Origin: Octopus bimaculoides
Taxonomy: Eukaryota
Reading direction: 5' to 3'
DNA length: 64,000 nt
Assembly (NCBI RefSeq): GCF_001194135.2
Contig: NC_068987.1
Location: 18,326,804 to 18,390,803, forward strand
Shown here one piece after another: positions 24,330-37,718 of the stretch (the first letter of the stretch is position 1; every line of letters begins with the position of its first letter). Position numbers and translations under genes: made by a program. The notes under the pieces were generated by a model. That model ran no database searches and had not been told where the DNA came from. It worked only from the letters and a program-made list of their open reading frames with translations.

Positions 24330-27300
24330 GTCCAAATTTTGTTTTCATCTAAATTTCTCTTTCTCTCTTGTGTGTGTGTGTGTGTGTGTGTATTTATATA
24401 TGAGTGATAAAGAAATTTATATACAGACAAAATGTTGCTTTATTTTCTAACTTTTCATTATCACAAATGAGTATTTATAAGTTATGGATTTTCTTGTAAG
24501 TTCTGTTCCTCTATTTCTATCTATCTATATGTGTGTATATATATATATATTTGTGTGTATATCTATTTGTATTCTTATATCTAAATCTCCCTCCCTCACT
24601 CTTTTCTCACTTTAATACACTTTCTTTCTATTTATCTATCTGTCTACGTCTGTATCACTCTTTTTCTGCATATCTATCTTTCTATCTATCTGTCTTTCCT
24701 TCAGTCTATATCTTATCTCTCTTTCTTTCTCCCTTCCTCCCTCATTTTTTTTAAAGATATAACCAACGGACTTGATTTTATTAAATTAGTATTGATTACC
24801 TATATTGGCTATTTGTACATCTGTATGTATTATTAAGCAGAGAGTAGAGTGCCTAAAGCTAAGACTTACACACTGTCATACCACTCTAACCCCCTTCTCC
24901 CTTCCCAGAGGGTATTTGTGTAAAAGAAGCAGGTCTTTGTGCCAATCTTTCGGTATTATTGTGTTTCTTCCATTTATTCACATTTTATTTCCTCGCTGGG
25001 TGAATAGAGAAACAGTGCCAAACAGATAACCACTTGAACAGAGCACAACAGAACAAAAGTAAGCTAAGCAGAAAATTTACCATTTATGTGCATGCACCAT
25101 TCTGTGACTGTAAATGAGCACACAGTGAATATATTTATAAACAGAAACATATACATAATACATAAATATACATATACACACATACATATATACACATACA
25201 TGTTTGTATAAACATGCATACATTTGCTTGTATACTCTCTTGATTGTGGTTTTTGTTTTATATCCATTTACTATCAAGAATCCTTCCTTGTGTTCCAGTT
25301 CTGCTTTAGAATATTGGACCACGCATAAATATGAAGATCTTCACTCAGAAAAAAATTGCCTTGTGCTATCTGTTCCAACCCTTTATGTTCTGAGTTCAAA
25401 TGCCTCTGAGGTTGACTTTGCCCTTCATCCTTTCAGGATTGATGAAATAAGTACAAATTGGGCACTAAGGCTCGATGTGATTGACTTATCTCCTCCCACC
25501 AGAATTACTGGTCTTATGCCAAAATTTGAAACCTGCATTATTATTATTATTACCATTATTATTAAGGCTGTAAGCTGGTAAAATCATTAGCACACTAGAC
25601 AAAATGCTTGACCATGTTTCTTCCAGTTCTTTACATTCTGGGTTCAAATTCCACTGAGGAATTGATGTAATTGACTTCCCTTCCTCTCAAAAACTTCCAG
25701 CTCTTTGCCAAAATTTGGAGCCATTATTAAGGTGACAAGCTAGCAGAATCATTAGTTTGTTGGACAAAATGCATAGTGATATTTTCTCTGGCTCTCTATG
25801 TTTTGAGGTTAACTTTGCCTTTCATCCTTTTGGAATTGATAATTTAAGTACCAGTCAAGCACTGAAGTCAATGTAATTGGCTAGCCAGCCACCCAACCAA
25901 AATTTCGGGACTTGTGTCTTTAGTAGAAAGAATCAATAATATTAATACACCAACTTGTTGTTTTTGTACATCCATACCTGTGGTGTGTGTCACACTTACC
26001 ACAAAGGAAGAAGTGAGTAGCAAAGCAGGAGAGAGGAGGACAGAGAGGAAGTGAGAGAGAAAGAGAATGAGAGAGACAGTGAGTGGTGACAGCATTCGTT
26101 TTGTGTTTTTAAATGTTTATCACATCACAAGATAAGTAGATACATAGATACATACATTGAATTAAAAGTGGGAGAGAAGAGGGACACAGAGGAAGTGAGA
26201 GAGAAAGTAGATACATAGATTGAAAGAACGTTGATACATAGATACATTGTTAAATCAAAGACAACTACAGCAAATATTAGATGTCACTTTCACTTTTCAT
26301 TACCACCCAAGGATAAAAAATTAACATAGTTCTCGGGGAGATTCAGCCTCACACAGAATATGACAAGGCTAGCCCCTTTGAATTACAGCTTCAACTCATT
26401 TTAGCCAGCTGAGTGGACTGGAGCAAGATAAACCTTCAAGTGGTTGGAAGAAAACGAAAATAGATCCTATATAGGGGCAGGAAACTCTTTTTAGTCGTTA
26501 GGGTCACTATGGGTGTTAATCTGGTCCGAACAGCAGCAGATCTGGAGTCCAAGCCCCCTGATAAACACCAATGTGCAGGCTGTTGTTACCAAATTGAGCA
26601 TGAGTCGAGGGCAAATACACGACGGAATAGCAATTATTTCCATCTTAGCTTTCGCTGCTTATACTAAATACCTAAACACATGACATTTTTGCCTTATGAT
26701 ATGGATCATTTCCTATTCTTTCACTCTTTATAAAAAATGGCACTCTGTCGGTTACGATGACGAGGTTCCTGTTTATCTGATCGACGGAACAGCCAGCTTG
26801 TAAAATTAACGTGCAAGTGGCTGACTACACAACAGACATGCATACCATAAGGTAATTCTCTGGGAGATTAAGCCTCATACAGAATGTGACAAGTCTGGCC
26901 CCTTTGAATTACAGCTACAACTCAAGAACACAGTGCACCACAGTGAATCGTACTCATGACTTTACGCTCATGGGCCGAATACCCCTAACCACTGAGCTAC
27001 ACACCTTCACTCTCTTAACCATAGAGAAAAGGAATGAAGCAATAGAAACGGAGAAAGGAAAGCCTCAGTCATTTACAATGACAATTAGACTGAAATGCGA
27101 TCGATCTTTTCCAGCTTCTTTACTTTTAACAATGAAGAAGAGAGAAAGACATTTAGTAATGAATGGAGGGAAAGTCATTCAGGTGTTTACGTTTTTATTC
27201 TGGAAGTTCTTGAATGATTGTGTGTTAGTTCTCTGTTCTTTCTCCCACCCCCAGTGCTTATTCGCCTTCTTTCATAGTTCTTCATGCCTTTTAGTTGTGG

Positions 27301-30300
27301 GGAAAGACCATGTTTTTTGTTTTTTTTCAGGCACGTTTAACATTTTCTCTACAAACAAGCCCGTCTTCCTTCTTTTTTTTTTTTTTTTTTGCATACAAAA
27401 ACTAATGCAAGTTTCGAATGGGGTATAACTGTGAAAAGAGCCCAGAAAAATGGGTAATAACCCCTACAAAATGGGTGGGGAAGAAAAGTTTCCAACAGGT
27501 GGCTACACGAAATTCAACTCTATACTTTAAAGAGTGTCTCCTACTATAGCTTCGAGCCAACCAAAGCCTTGTGAGTGGATTTGGTAGATGGAAATTGAAA
27601 GAAGCCCGTCATATATATGTATATATATATGTGTGTCTGTGTTTGTCCCCCCAACATCGCTTGACAACCAATGCTGGTGTGTTTACGTCCCCGTAACTTA
27701 GCGGTTCGGCAAAAGACCAATAGAATAAGTACTAGGCTTACAAAGAATAAGTCGTGGGGTTGATTTGCTCGACTAAAGGCGGTGCTCCAGCATGGCTGCA
27801 GTCAAATGACTGAAACAAGTAAAAGTGTATCATCTAGTGTCTGTTTTCCATGCTGGCATGGGCTGGATAGTTCAACAGGAGTCAGGTCAGAGGACTGCAC
27901 CAAAGATCAATGTCTGCTTTGGCATGATTTCTATAGCCAGATGCCCTTCCTGGTACCCACTACTTTACAGAGTGTACTGAGTGCCTTTTTTCATGCCATC
28001 AGCACTAGAAAGATCACAAGGTAACTCACAAGACAAGACCTCTCAACTAAGTGGGAATGTAGTGTTGAGGGAGGTGACTTTATATTATCGGATGATGAGA
28101 GGTTAAAGTATGATAGAGGGCCATGAACAGGTGTCTTGCCGTGGAAGAGATGCATGGCTACCCAAGCTGGAAAGAGAGAAAATATGATGATGGTGAGGTG
28201 TCAGGGCATACCTTCAAGTTACAGTAAGGGGAACAGAGTGAGGATTGGACAGAGTGAATGGGGAGAGAAGGTTAGTCGGAATATGGTAATGAAATACCTC
28301 ATGTCTTAGTGACTTCTCTGATTCTTAAATAGCTTTCTAAAAACTGGCAGAGACCAATTCCTCTTCTGTCAAGATCCTCCTCCTTCTCCCCACTTTTCTC
28401 CTATCTCAAGCTTTGTAGACCAGACACTGAATCAAAAGCATTCTGGATCAAGACAATCTGGTCCTTTCATATACACTGAAGTATACTTTATTTCAATAAA
28501 ATATTCACTACACCAGGGTCTTTTTTTTTGTCTTTTTTAATGATGATAAAGTGTGATTTTCAAGAGTATTGACTGCTGTTTCTAGCAGAATGAGTGACCA
28601 CATAAAGACCCTGCATCAGCTCATTTGTCAGCCTTTGTATTGACAGGTGTCAAATTAAGACCTGTAAACTTTGTATTTTTCTATATCTAATTTGCAGTTA
28701 GGTTAAACAAGGTGAATAGGTCTAATTGTCTTGACCAAAAAGCTAAATGTATCATTTGTGATAGAATGTTTAAAACATTAAATGTGTAAGCCATAAAATC
28801 AACACCTAATTAACCTGTTTGTGACTTTATTTCTAATGAGTAAACTGACTATTAATGAGTTTTGAATTGATTTTTCAATTTAATCAAGATTTTAGTGGGT
28901 GATTTTGTAAAATATGTCATATCATCATCGTTGTCATCATGACCACTTTTCCATGCTGGCATGAGTTAAATGAAACCTATTGAGTTAGATTTTCTACAGA
29001 TGAATGCTCTCCCTGTTTCCAGCCCCTTCCTCCCTTGTTCTTCAAATAAGGTACTTTTCATTGCACTGCTCCACAGACATCCACTGAACTATTGGACATT
29101 TCTTTATTGGAGAATATGAACAATGTCACCAATTTATTTATTTATTTATTATAAAAGCCATGATGAAGCAGACCTTACCAGTCCTGGTGCCATCTAAAAA
29201 AACATTCAGGCCACTCTGTAGAGTGGTTAGCATTACAAAAGGGCATCCAGCCATAAAAAAACCATGCCAAAACAAACAGTAAAGCCTGGAGTCGTCCTCT
29301 GACTTGCCAGCTTTTGTCAAACCGTCTAACCCATGCCAGCATGGAAGACAGGCATTAAATGATGATGATTAGCGTAAACAGTTTCAAGACACACACACAC
29401 ACAACATGCTTTTGTAAAGTCTCCATCAACCAGTTCCACTTACAAAGCATTGGTCAATCCAAGACCATACATAGAAGAACCACATGCCTTCATTATTGCA
29501 AAACAAAATTCATAAACATACAGGCATGCTTGCACTTATAACATATTATATATTTATATATTACGCTGGGATTGACCAACAGAAATCCTTGAGATATTCC
29601 ATGTCATTTATTGCAAAGTTTTCATTGATATTTTGATTTAAAGATAAACGCATTGGAATGGGCAGTCTCAAGTGGGTTGGCATTAAAAGTGTTAAACCAT
29701 TGCAGTTCCATGCTGTAACAATGGAAAGTGTTGAAAATATATTTGGATAAATGGATACAATGAACTACGTAATAGACAAGCTTCTAGCTACAAGGTCATA
29801 AGTTAAAATTTCCTTTCAGTATATATTGTGTTGTTGTTCACTCCTGGTTCAGACCTGATGGAGCAGATATATAACCAAAGGCATTACAGTCGTTACCATA
29901 CAGTATTTTTGTTTGTTTTTTTTTTCAAACACCCACACACGAGAGAGAGAGAGGGGGGAGAGAAAGATTCAGCTGTGATCAGACTAAAGAGTGATCGACC
30001 CTGCCAGGTTTCACTTATCCAAGACATGCCATATGTCAATTCAGTGCCTTTACAATTTCATCATGAATTGAGGGCCCTGGTCTGACATATACACTACTGA
30101 TATAGAGAGAGAGAGAAAGAGAGAGAGAAACAATGGTTCAAATAAGCAGATAAAACCTTGGGCTTTAATGTACAAAATATATGTATACATGTAAAAAGAG
30201 AGGGCATGTACATATATTTATACACATGTATATATATTTTGTACATTAAAATCCAAGATTTTATTTGTTTATTTTAATCATTGTCTCCATTTCTGCTCAT

Positions 30301-30448
30301 TTGGATTTCCCTGATAGCCACTCTTCACCCTGCTGACCTGGTCCTTGGTGAGGCTATCGGAATGCAAGTGTTCAGATCATTTGAGCACTACAAAGTGTTT
30401 TCTATATTGAGATTCTCTTGAGCTCACCTGTTGACACTCTCTCTCTCA

Positions 30449-30494
<46 letters not shown>

Positions 30495-30506
30495 CATTAT
30501 TATTAT

Positions 30507-30545
<39 letters not shown>

Positions 30546-31138
30546 AAATTTGGGATTTTACCAATAGGACCACAACTTCAATTTCAGGACAACCTTATTT
30601 ATTGCAGTACACATAGAAAATTATATCCAAAATACTAATCTAATAATATAAGCATTTTAAAGCCTACTATAACATACAATAAGAATAAAGTACATTAGAA
30701 TTAATTATAAATTATTTAAACATATTTCTAATAAATATGTATACCTTACCTGTTATTAGTCTGTGGGGAAAGAAGATAATATTAACCAACGCTACTCATG
30801 TTTCAGCACTGGTGGTTTGTTTTACCAGGTTATACCTAATACATAAATCCACCAGTGCATCCTCAGGCTATTTTCCTCTTTTTATTATTATTATTATTAA
30901 CGGATCCAACTTAATTTGACGTGTTTATAAAATAGTCGATGAGGGTTTCTTTGAAGTTATATATATATATTCTTTTATTCTTATTTTTAATGAAGATATC
31001 TTAGAATTTGTAAGATTAAGTAAAATCCCAAATTTGTAATAATAATATTATAATTGATACTGTTTGCTTTGCAATTAGTAAAGTGTAAAATAGTAAATAT
31101 CCTGATAACCTGGAATAATTATTATTCCCTAAGGGTTT

Positions 31139-31177
<39 letters not shown>

Positions 31178-31399
31178 AGCCTGGTGTTGCCATCCGGTTT
31201 CACCAGTCCTCAGTCAAATTGTCCAACCCATGCTAGCATGGAAAGCGGACGTTAAACGATGATGATGATGATGATGATGATATATATATATGTTGTATCT
31301 AGCACTTCATTATCCAGTGTGTCTGTTTTAAGATTGTAGGCTGTGATGTGAGGAAGATGTGGCTGCCATTTCTCACATAACAAGCAACTATGTATATTA

Positions 31400-31441
<42 letters not shown>

Positions 31442-32038
31442 CTATGTATGTAGTAAGTTCAATGAGTGGAGCTTTGGCTTTGTAGGTTTATCAGTTCAGT
31501 GTTGTAGCTCAACGAAACCGAGATCAATTGTGCTTCTTCAGTAGCTCTAAACAGGGCAGCTTTCAATGTGTGCCTCTCTCCAGCCTGAAGATGGATGCTA
31601 AAAAAGAACGTATTTAGTTCTCATACCACCAAACTTGTTATAACACCCAAGGTACCTTAGCTTTTGGGGGTACCTTAGCCATCCAGAAGCATTGCAATCC
31701 AGAATGCAGCAGAAGAGGGGTATCCAAGTCATGACCTAGATGCAACCTTACACCCTTTGGAGTGTAAGGATTTAGGGCTGAAACACTTATATGAGAAGAG
31801 CCTCTTCTCTGATGACCCTCTACTGTTCAGCTCCCCTAAGTTTCTTACTGCCTATAATAACCTCTTCTCCTTTAGCTGGTGTCATGTCACCAGAACTCAG
31901 TCACTTTCAACCCATTCATCTCCCCTATTGCATTCATATCTGGATCCTACGCTAATCACCAGCTGCAGTCCATCTTCTCTAGAATGTCAGCTCTCTGCCT
32001 TCCACTCCCTATGCATATCCTGCTTGTAACCAGTGTTG

Positions 32039-32420
32039 TAGAGGCGCAATGGCCCAGTGGTTAGGGCAGCAGATTCGCGGTCATAGGATCGCGGTTTCGA
32101 TTCCCAGACCGGGCATTGTGAGTGTTTATTGAGCGAAAACACCTAAAGCTCTATGAGGCTCCGGCAGGGGATGGTGATGAACCCTGCTGTACTCTTTCAC
32201 CACAACTTTCTCTCACTCTTTCTTCCTGTTTCTGTCGTGCCTGTAATTCAAAGGGTCAGCCTTGTCACACTGTGTCACGCTGAACCTCCCCGAGAACTAC
32301 GTTAAGGGTACACGTGTCTGTGGAGTGCTCAGCTACTTGCACGTTAATTTCACAAGCAGGCTGTTCTGTTGATCGGATCAACTGGAACCCTCGACGTCGT
32401 AAGCGACGGAGTGCCAACAA
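32039..32420 (+). mobile_element. tRNA(Arg-like)-derived SINE, family C, full length
   Basis: A box TGGCCCAGTGG and B box GGTTTCGATTCC. TSD aaccagtgttg at 32028-32038 and 32421-32431. Confidence 0.9.
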
Positions 32421-33639
32421 AACCAGTGTTGGTCTCACTGGGTGTTAGAGGGTCTGTGGGAAGGCCATCAGCTCAGCTACTTCGTTAAAACAGATTTGGT
32501 ATTATTAAACCACTGAAATAAATAATCAAATAAATTCATATTGATTGGCTCGTTTCTTTTGTTAATTACCACCTTCTACTATTGAGGCTACCGGGCAGAC
32601 TGTATATATTTCGAATATTCTACATTATTATTATATCAATAATGCTGTATAATGTTCCTTAACCTTTTATAACCCTTTTATTTTCTCTTCATTAGAAATA
32701 ACGAACTTCAGGAAAATAAAAAAAAAATAAAAATTATGCAAATATTTTAAAATGTTCAGTGCCATTCGATTTTTGATAACTTGCAAACAAAAGAGAGAGA
32801 ATCACTATTTATTAAAAACATAGAAAAGAAATATATAATAAATATATAAAACGAAGTAAAAATGAAATAAAATGTCCTTCATTTGGCAATATAAAGACAT
32901 AGTATCTTTAAACTTCTCAAGGTTGCTATTTAAATGGAAGTACTTCTGAGGCTAGAGAAATATTGATTGAGCTGAATTATTTTATGGTACGACAACTGCT
33001 AGTTCCACCTCATTAATCAACATCAGAAAGATGTGTTAGGATAAAAAGCCTGGTTTATAAGTCTACTTTCTATAATTGGGAATTGTGTACGTTGCCAACA
33101 AAATTGCTATCTTAACCTTACGATTTTAGCAATTTGAACTACTGCTTCTACTCTCGTGTTGCTGATTTTATGAAAAGGCTATGGGCCTTCTCACAGGCCC
33201 CTCTGATACCAGTAAGGTCAATATGTTGATGGTTATAAGAAGCCTATGTGCAGGGAAGGAATGCCAGTGGGATTGGCATTCTGAAGAGGAAGAACTGGGG
33301 GGGGGGGGGTTATTGGTTACTTTTAGAATCATGTAGCCTTTGGAACCCCTTAACCCTGGAGGTATAGCCTGAAAGAAGAAGAATTAAAGCTTTTTAGCTA
33401 CATTAAATGGGTTTAAGGATATTTTTTTTAAGTTATGAGAATTGCAAGCCACTGTTGTAGTGATATAAAATTCAGAGAGCATAGATCAAAGTAAATTAGT
33501 CTTCACAAAGTCTTTGTGAGAAAAGATTTGCTTATTATAAGGTCCATGCCAAGAGCAAGGGTCCAAGTAAGACAAGTGCAATGGGCCTAGAATTTTGAGA
33601 GAACCTTCTCCTGTCAGTTAAAAGCAAATTGAAGGCCTT

Positions 33640-34309
33640 TTGTTACAGATTTTTGGAGCTAATTTTCACAATAACAATCTCACTCTTTGTTCATCCAACC
33701 ATGATTTGCAATCTTGCTTAAAAATCTCCTTGTACCTTCTGTAGTACAATGCAAAAGTTATCCCCTCTTCGGGTTATAACTGAATTCATTAATCGAGTTT
33801 GGAACGCCATCTGGCGAAAACAAACTTACCTCATTTTTGACATTTTTGAATATAGCTCCAATAACTGTTGTTGTTGCTGTAATAGTTGCTGCTCTCTGTT
33901 GCTTTTGCACCTGTACTATGGAAGCTAATAGTTGTATCATGAACAAATTGTAAAATTATTTTACATGAGTTTCGAAACCCTCATCGTCTGATGTTGTGAT
34001 GCAATTTGTTAACTGACCTGCATGGGTTTCGAATCCTTGTCGCCAGATGTTGTAATGTAATTTGTTACGTACAATAAATAAGATAAGCAGATAACAGTAC
34101 AAACAATGTAACGAACTAACAAATCTTTTTTACGAACCAACAATCAATATTCCTTGTGAACTAACCAACCGACACCTTCTGACTTCACTCCGAACTAGCA
34201 CAAACTTCACTCAACTCTGAACTTGTAACTCACTTGGATTGTTGCTATTTATACTTTACTTGGACCAGTCTATCTCTCGCAAGGGCGCATTGTAACTCTC
34301 ATCACAACA
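33640..34309 (-). mobile_element. Truncated Gypsy (Mag-like) LTR retrotransposon relic: 262-bp LTR (34048-34309), PBS, and decayed gag N-terminus
   Basis: LTR termini TGTTGTGAT...ATTACAACA with an internal TATAAATAG. PBS TGGCGACAAGGAT (34033-34045) follows. Gag-like peptide FSPDGVPNSINEFSYNP/EGITFALYYRRYKEIFKQDCKSWLDEQRVRLLL*KL carries one frameshift and a stop and resembles the invertebrate Gypsy gag motif (EF.YDPE.G.TF..W..RYED.F). Confidence 0.82.
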
Positions 34310-37300
34310 GAACTAAAAGCACAATGTTGGAACAAATATCATAAAGCATTCTGTTCAACACACTCACAACTCTCCCACTTCACCCACCACCTTCAGTGGT
34401 TATCCTCTCCCCTCCCTGGATAAATAAAATGTCAAAAGCCAAGTGAGGACTTCTAAGGGCAATCTTTGTACCGGCAGCCTACCCAAGCTTGTGTTACATA
34501 GGTACAAAATTACATATGATTGTCCAAGCTGAACAATAGAAAATTATCCAAAACTAACAGCGGCTGGCTTAATAACCCGGATATTAGTTTTAAAAAATAT
34601 AATGTTTTAAAATGGATATTAGCTGATTTAAAAAGCAATTTTATTTTTAATTTACTCCCAATTTCCTTTTAGAATTATTTCTCTTTCTATTTCCAAATAC
34701 TAATTGGTCTTCTTTATCAAACTTGGCTGCAATTTCAGATATCTCTTGGCAATAAATAGCAAAGAATATTTTCAAAACTAAGTCAAATTTCTAATTACAA
34801 AACTGTTAAAGTAGTTTGTGGTGGTGACAGTGGTGGTGGGTGTCGAGTGAGTCATGAAGGATTCTTTTTTGTTGTTGTTTTTCTTCCAGTATCTGATTAG
34901 AATGGAGATAACTAATTATTGTATGTGTGTATGCATGTTGGTAATGAGGATATCTTCCTGGTTCATTGGAGTATGTTTTGATTGGTTAATTATCTAATTT
35001 AGCTGATATGTTTTAATCCTGTACTGGAATAAACATGTTTATTGCTTCAGATATTTGTTTTTTTTTTTTTACTTTTCTTTTAATAAAGCAACTTTGTTTT
35101 TCATTTTCATCCATTGGAAACCATTTTTTTCTTTTACTCTTTGACAAACTCTTTTCTTTATGTTACATACAATCTTCAAATTAAGAACATTTTTCAGTTT
35201 ATAATTTTTTCAGGCTAGTAACTTCACTTTGAGCGATGAATCATTTCTTGCAACCTTTGCATTTCCATTACATTTCATTCTACTTCATCCCCAATCAACA
35301 TCCAGTGTATTATTTCTGTACATGGTATCAAATTAAATACAAACAAAGAACCTTTATTCTTAAGATACCCATTGACATCCGAAAATGGAAACAGTATAGA
35401 ACTGAATATTTAAAAAGGTGTTTCATTTGTTTAGTTTTTCTTTAAATATGAAGTTGATCTTTCTGTGAATGGATTTCTAATAAAATACTCAGCTTATGTG
35501 TTTCAATTAAGCTTTGATAATTAATTAAAATTATTGAGGGATTTGATAAAATAACTAACTTTCTCATTACAATAAGCGTAACTTCACGAAAGGTTTTTCA
35601 CATACAGTTATAATGGGTGCTTTATATTAGACACAAACTCCTTAAAATGGACAGCTTTGTATGAATAGAACTAGAGGTGTTCTCAATTGGATTGATATTA
35701 AGAATTAACAGCCCCAAAAAATTATCTTAACACTTTTGTTATGATATTTGTTGAAAAATATTATCTCTGTTTCTGTTAATTCTGAAAATAATGCAGTTTA
35801 GTAAAAGGACTTTGTTGTTATCAAGCTGGTGTTTAGAGCATAAATTAGTGTGGAAAATTTTGATGGAAGGTTTTAATATAAATCAATTTAAAACAAGAGG
35901 TTTGTACCATAGAACCAGAAGCAATCTCAAGGGAGTTGGTGCCAAAAGGATTTACAACTCGTGCATCTAGATGGGTTTTTTTTTTTTTTTTGCTGTTTAT
36001 ATAAAACAAAGTGGACATTGAATATTACACTTTCATAGCATTTACCTAATTAATGCTGAAGCCTGCTTCTATCAGTGCACTATCATGAACTTTTACTAAA
36101 TTCATTAGGAAGACAATAATTTTTTTTCTTTCTATTTTTGCTTTGTTATTCAATGCTAACACATGTGATGGATTGTTTTTATAGCTTTTGTACTTTTATT
36201 AGATTTTATTATTATCATTATTATTATTACTATTACTACTACTACTACTATTAAAGTGGCAAGCTGGCAGAATTATTACCATGCCAGGCAAAATGCTTAG
36301 CAGTACTCTGTCTGATTTTTCATTCTGAGTTCAAATTCTGCCGGGGTTAACTTTGCCTTTTATTCTTCCGGAGTTGATAAAATAAGTACCAGTTGAACAC
36401 ATTATCATTATCATTGGATTCACTTCCTACTGCTAACCAATGTAAGGTAGGAATGGAATCTATTGTCAATCAAGCAAACATTGGCAGCATAACTATATCT
36501 GCAATTTATCGCTGTTTATGTGTGTCAGTGTGTCCAATTTTGTTTTCCCCATATCTTTCTTAATAAAGCATTTTACTGAAATTTTACAGATGTATTTTTG
36601 AAAGTAATCACTTTTTTCATTAAATGTCCATGTTCCATGCTAGCACGGGTTACATTGTTTGACAGGTGGATCTGAGGACTGCATTGTGCTCCAATGACTG
36701 CCTTGGCATGGTCTCTATGGCTGGACACCCTTCCTAATGCCAACCACTTTACAGTGTGTACCAGGTACTGCTTTGTGGCACCAATATTTGTGAGTTCATC
36801 ATGCAGCTTGCAAGACAAAGATCCCCTTCAACTGAGTGGTGGGGTGGGTTACAGTACAGAGGGTGGTGGTGTTATGCTTTGGGATAAGGAGTTAACAACG
36901 TGAGAGAGAAGGGACCAGATCAGAACAGTTTTTTTGCTGTAAAGGAGCTACACAACTACTCTCATTATAGAAGGGGTGTTGGGGTAGGAATGGTGAGGAA
37001 ATATCAGCTCAGACCCTCAAGATATGAAGTGAGTAGGGACAAGAGAACAGGAGATGTAAGTGGGTAAAGGCCGCAACAGTGTATAAAATATTGACAGGTG
37101 GTTAGAGATAAGGAATGGGTCTGAGGGGGAATATTATGAACAAGTGCAGACTATTTTTATGTTGAGGGTCCTTTTTTTTTTAAATTTAAACTTATTTTTT
37201 AATTCAGAAAGATATCCTTATCTTTTAACTGTTGCATAACATAATAAAGCGAGATGAGAGAAACGGTACATTGCAAGATTTCATCTACAATTCTTCTGAT

Positions 37301-37624
37301 CAGTATAAAGTTGGCTAAATATAAACAGTTCTTATTTGCTTTTTCTTTTTTTTTTTTCTCTTTCCATATTGCCTACCAATTTCATATTGATAATGAATAA
37401 TATCAGTCAGGATAAAAATCCAAAGGTTTTTTTTTTCTTTTCGATAGGAGCGGGGACAGTTTTTTTGTGCAATTACCATGAGCAAGTTATTTTACTCTTT
37501 ATCATTCATATCACAATGTCAAATGTAATGCTTATTCATCCACATTGTTTTCAATTAATCATGCATTGTCTCGTAACCTCAAGATTTCAAGGATGTGGTT
37601 GTTCATTTTTAGTATGGTATTGTT

Positions 37625-37718
37625 GGGTAGGTGTGAGAGGCTGGATCTGGCAGGTTTAAACCTAAAACAGGTATAATTTTGGGGCCAGATATGGCCAGTT
37701 TAAAAGTTAAAGGGTTAA
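37625..37718. mobile_element. piggyBac-like MITE end; related fragments near 8760-8885, 11500-11870, 35480-35960 and 39700-39850
   Basis: Ends in AAAGGG|TTAA; the shared ggccagatatggccagtttaaa block recurs. Confidence 0.45.

Noticed and set aside
26886-27428. 180-aa ORF
   Set aside because: Starts in a family C-like SINE fragment and ends in T-rich low-complexity sequence; no recognisable domain.
32039-32115. tRNA gene
   Set aside because: It has A and B boxes but continues into a repeated SINE body with a TSD, and lacks a proper cloverleaf and terminator; the same applies to the family A and B heads.
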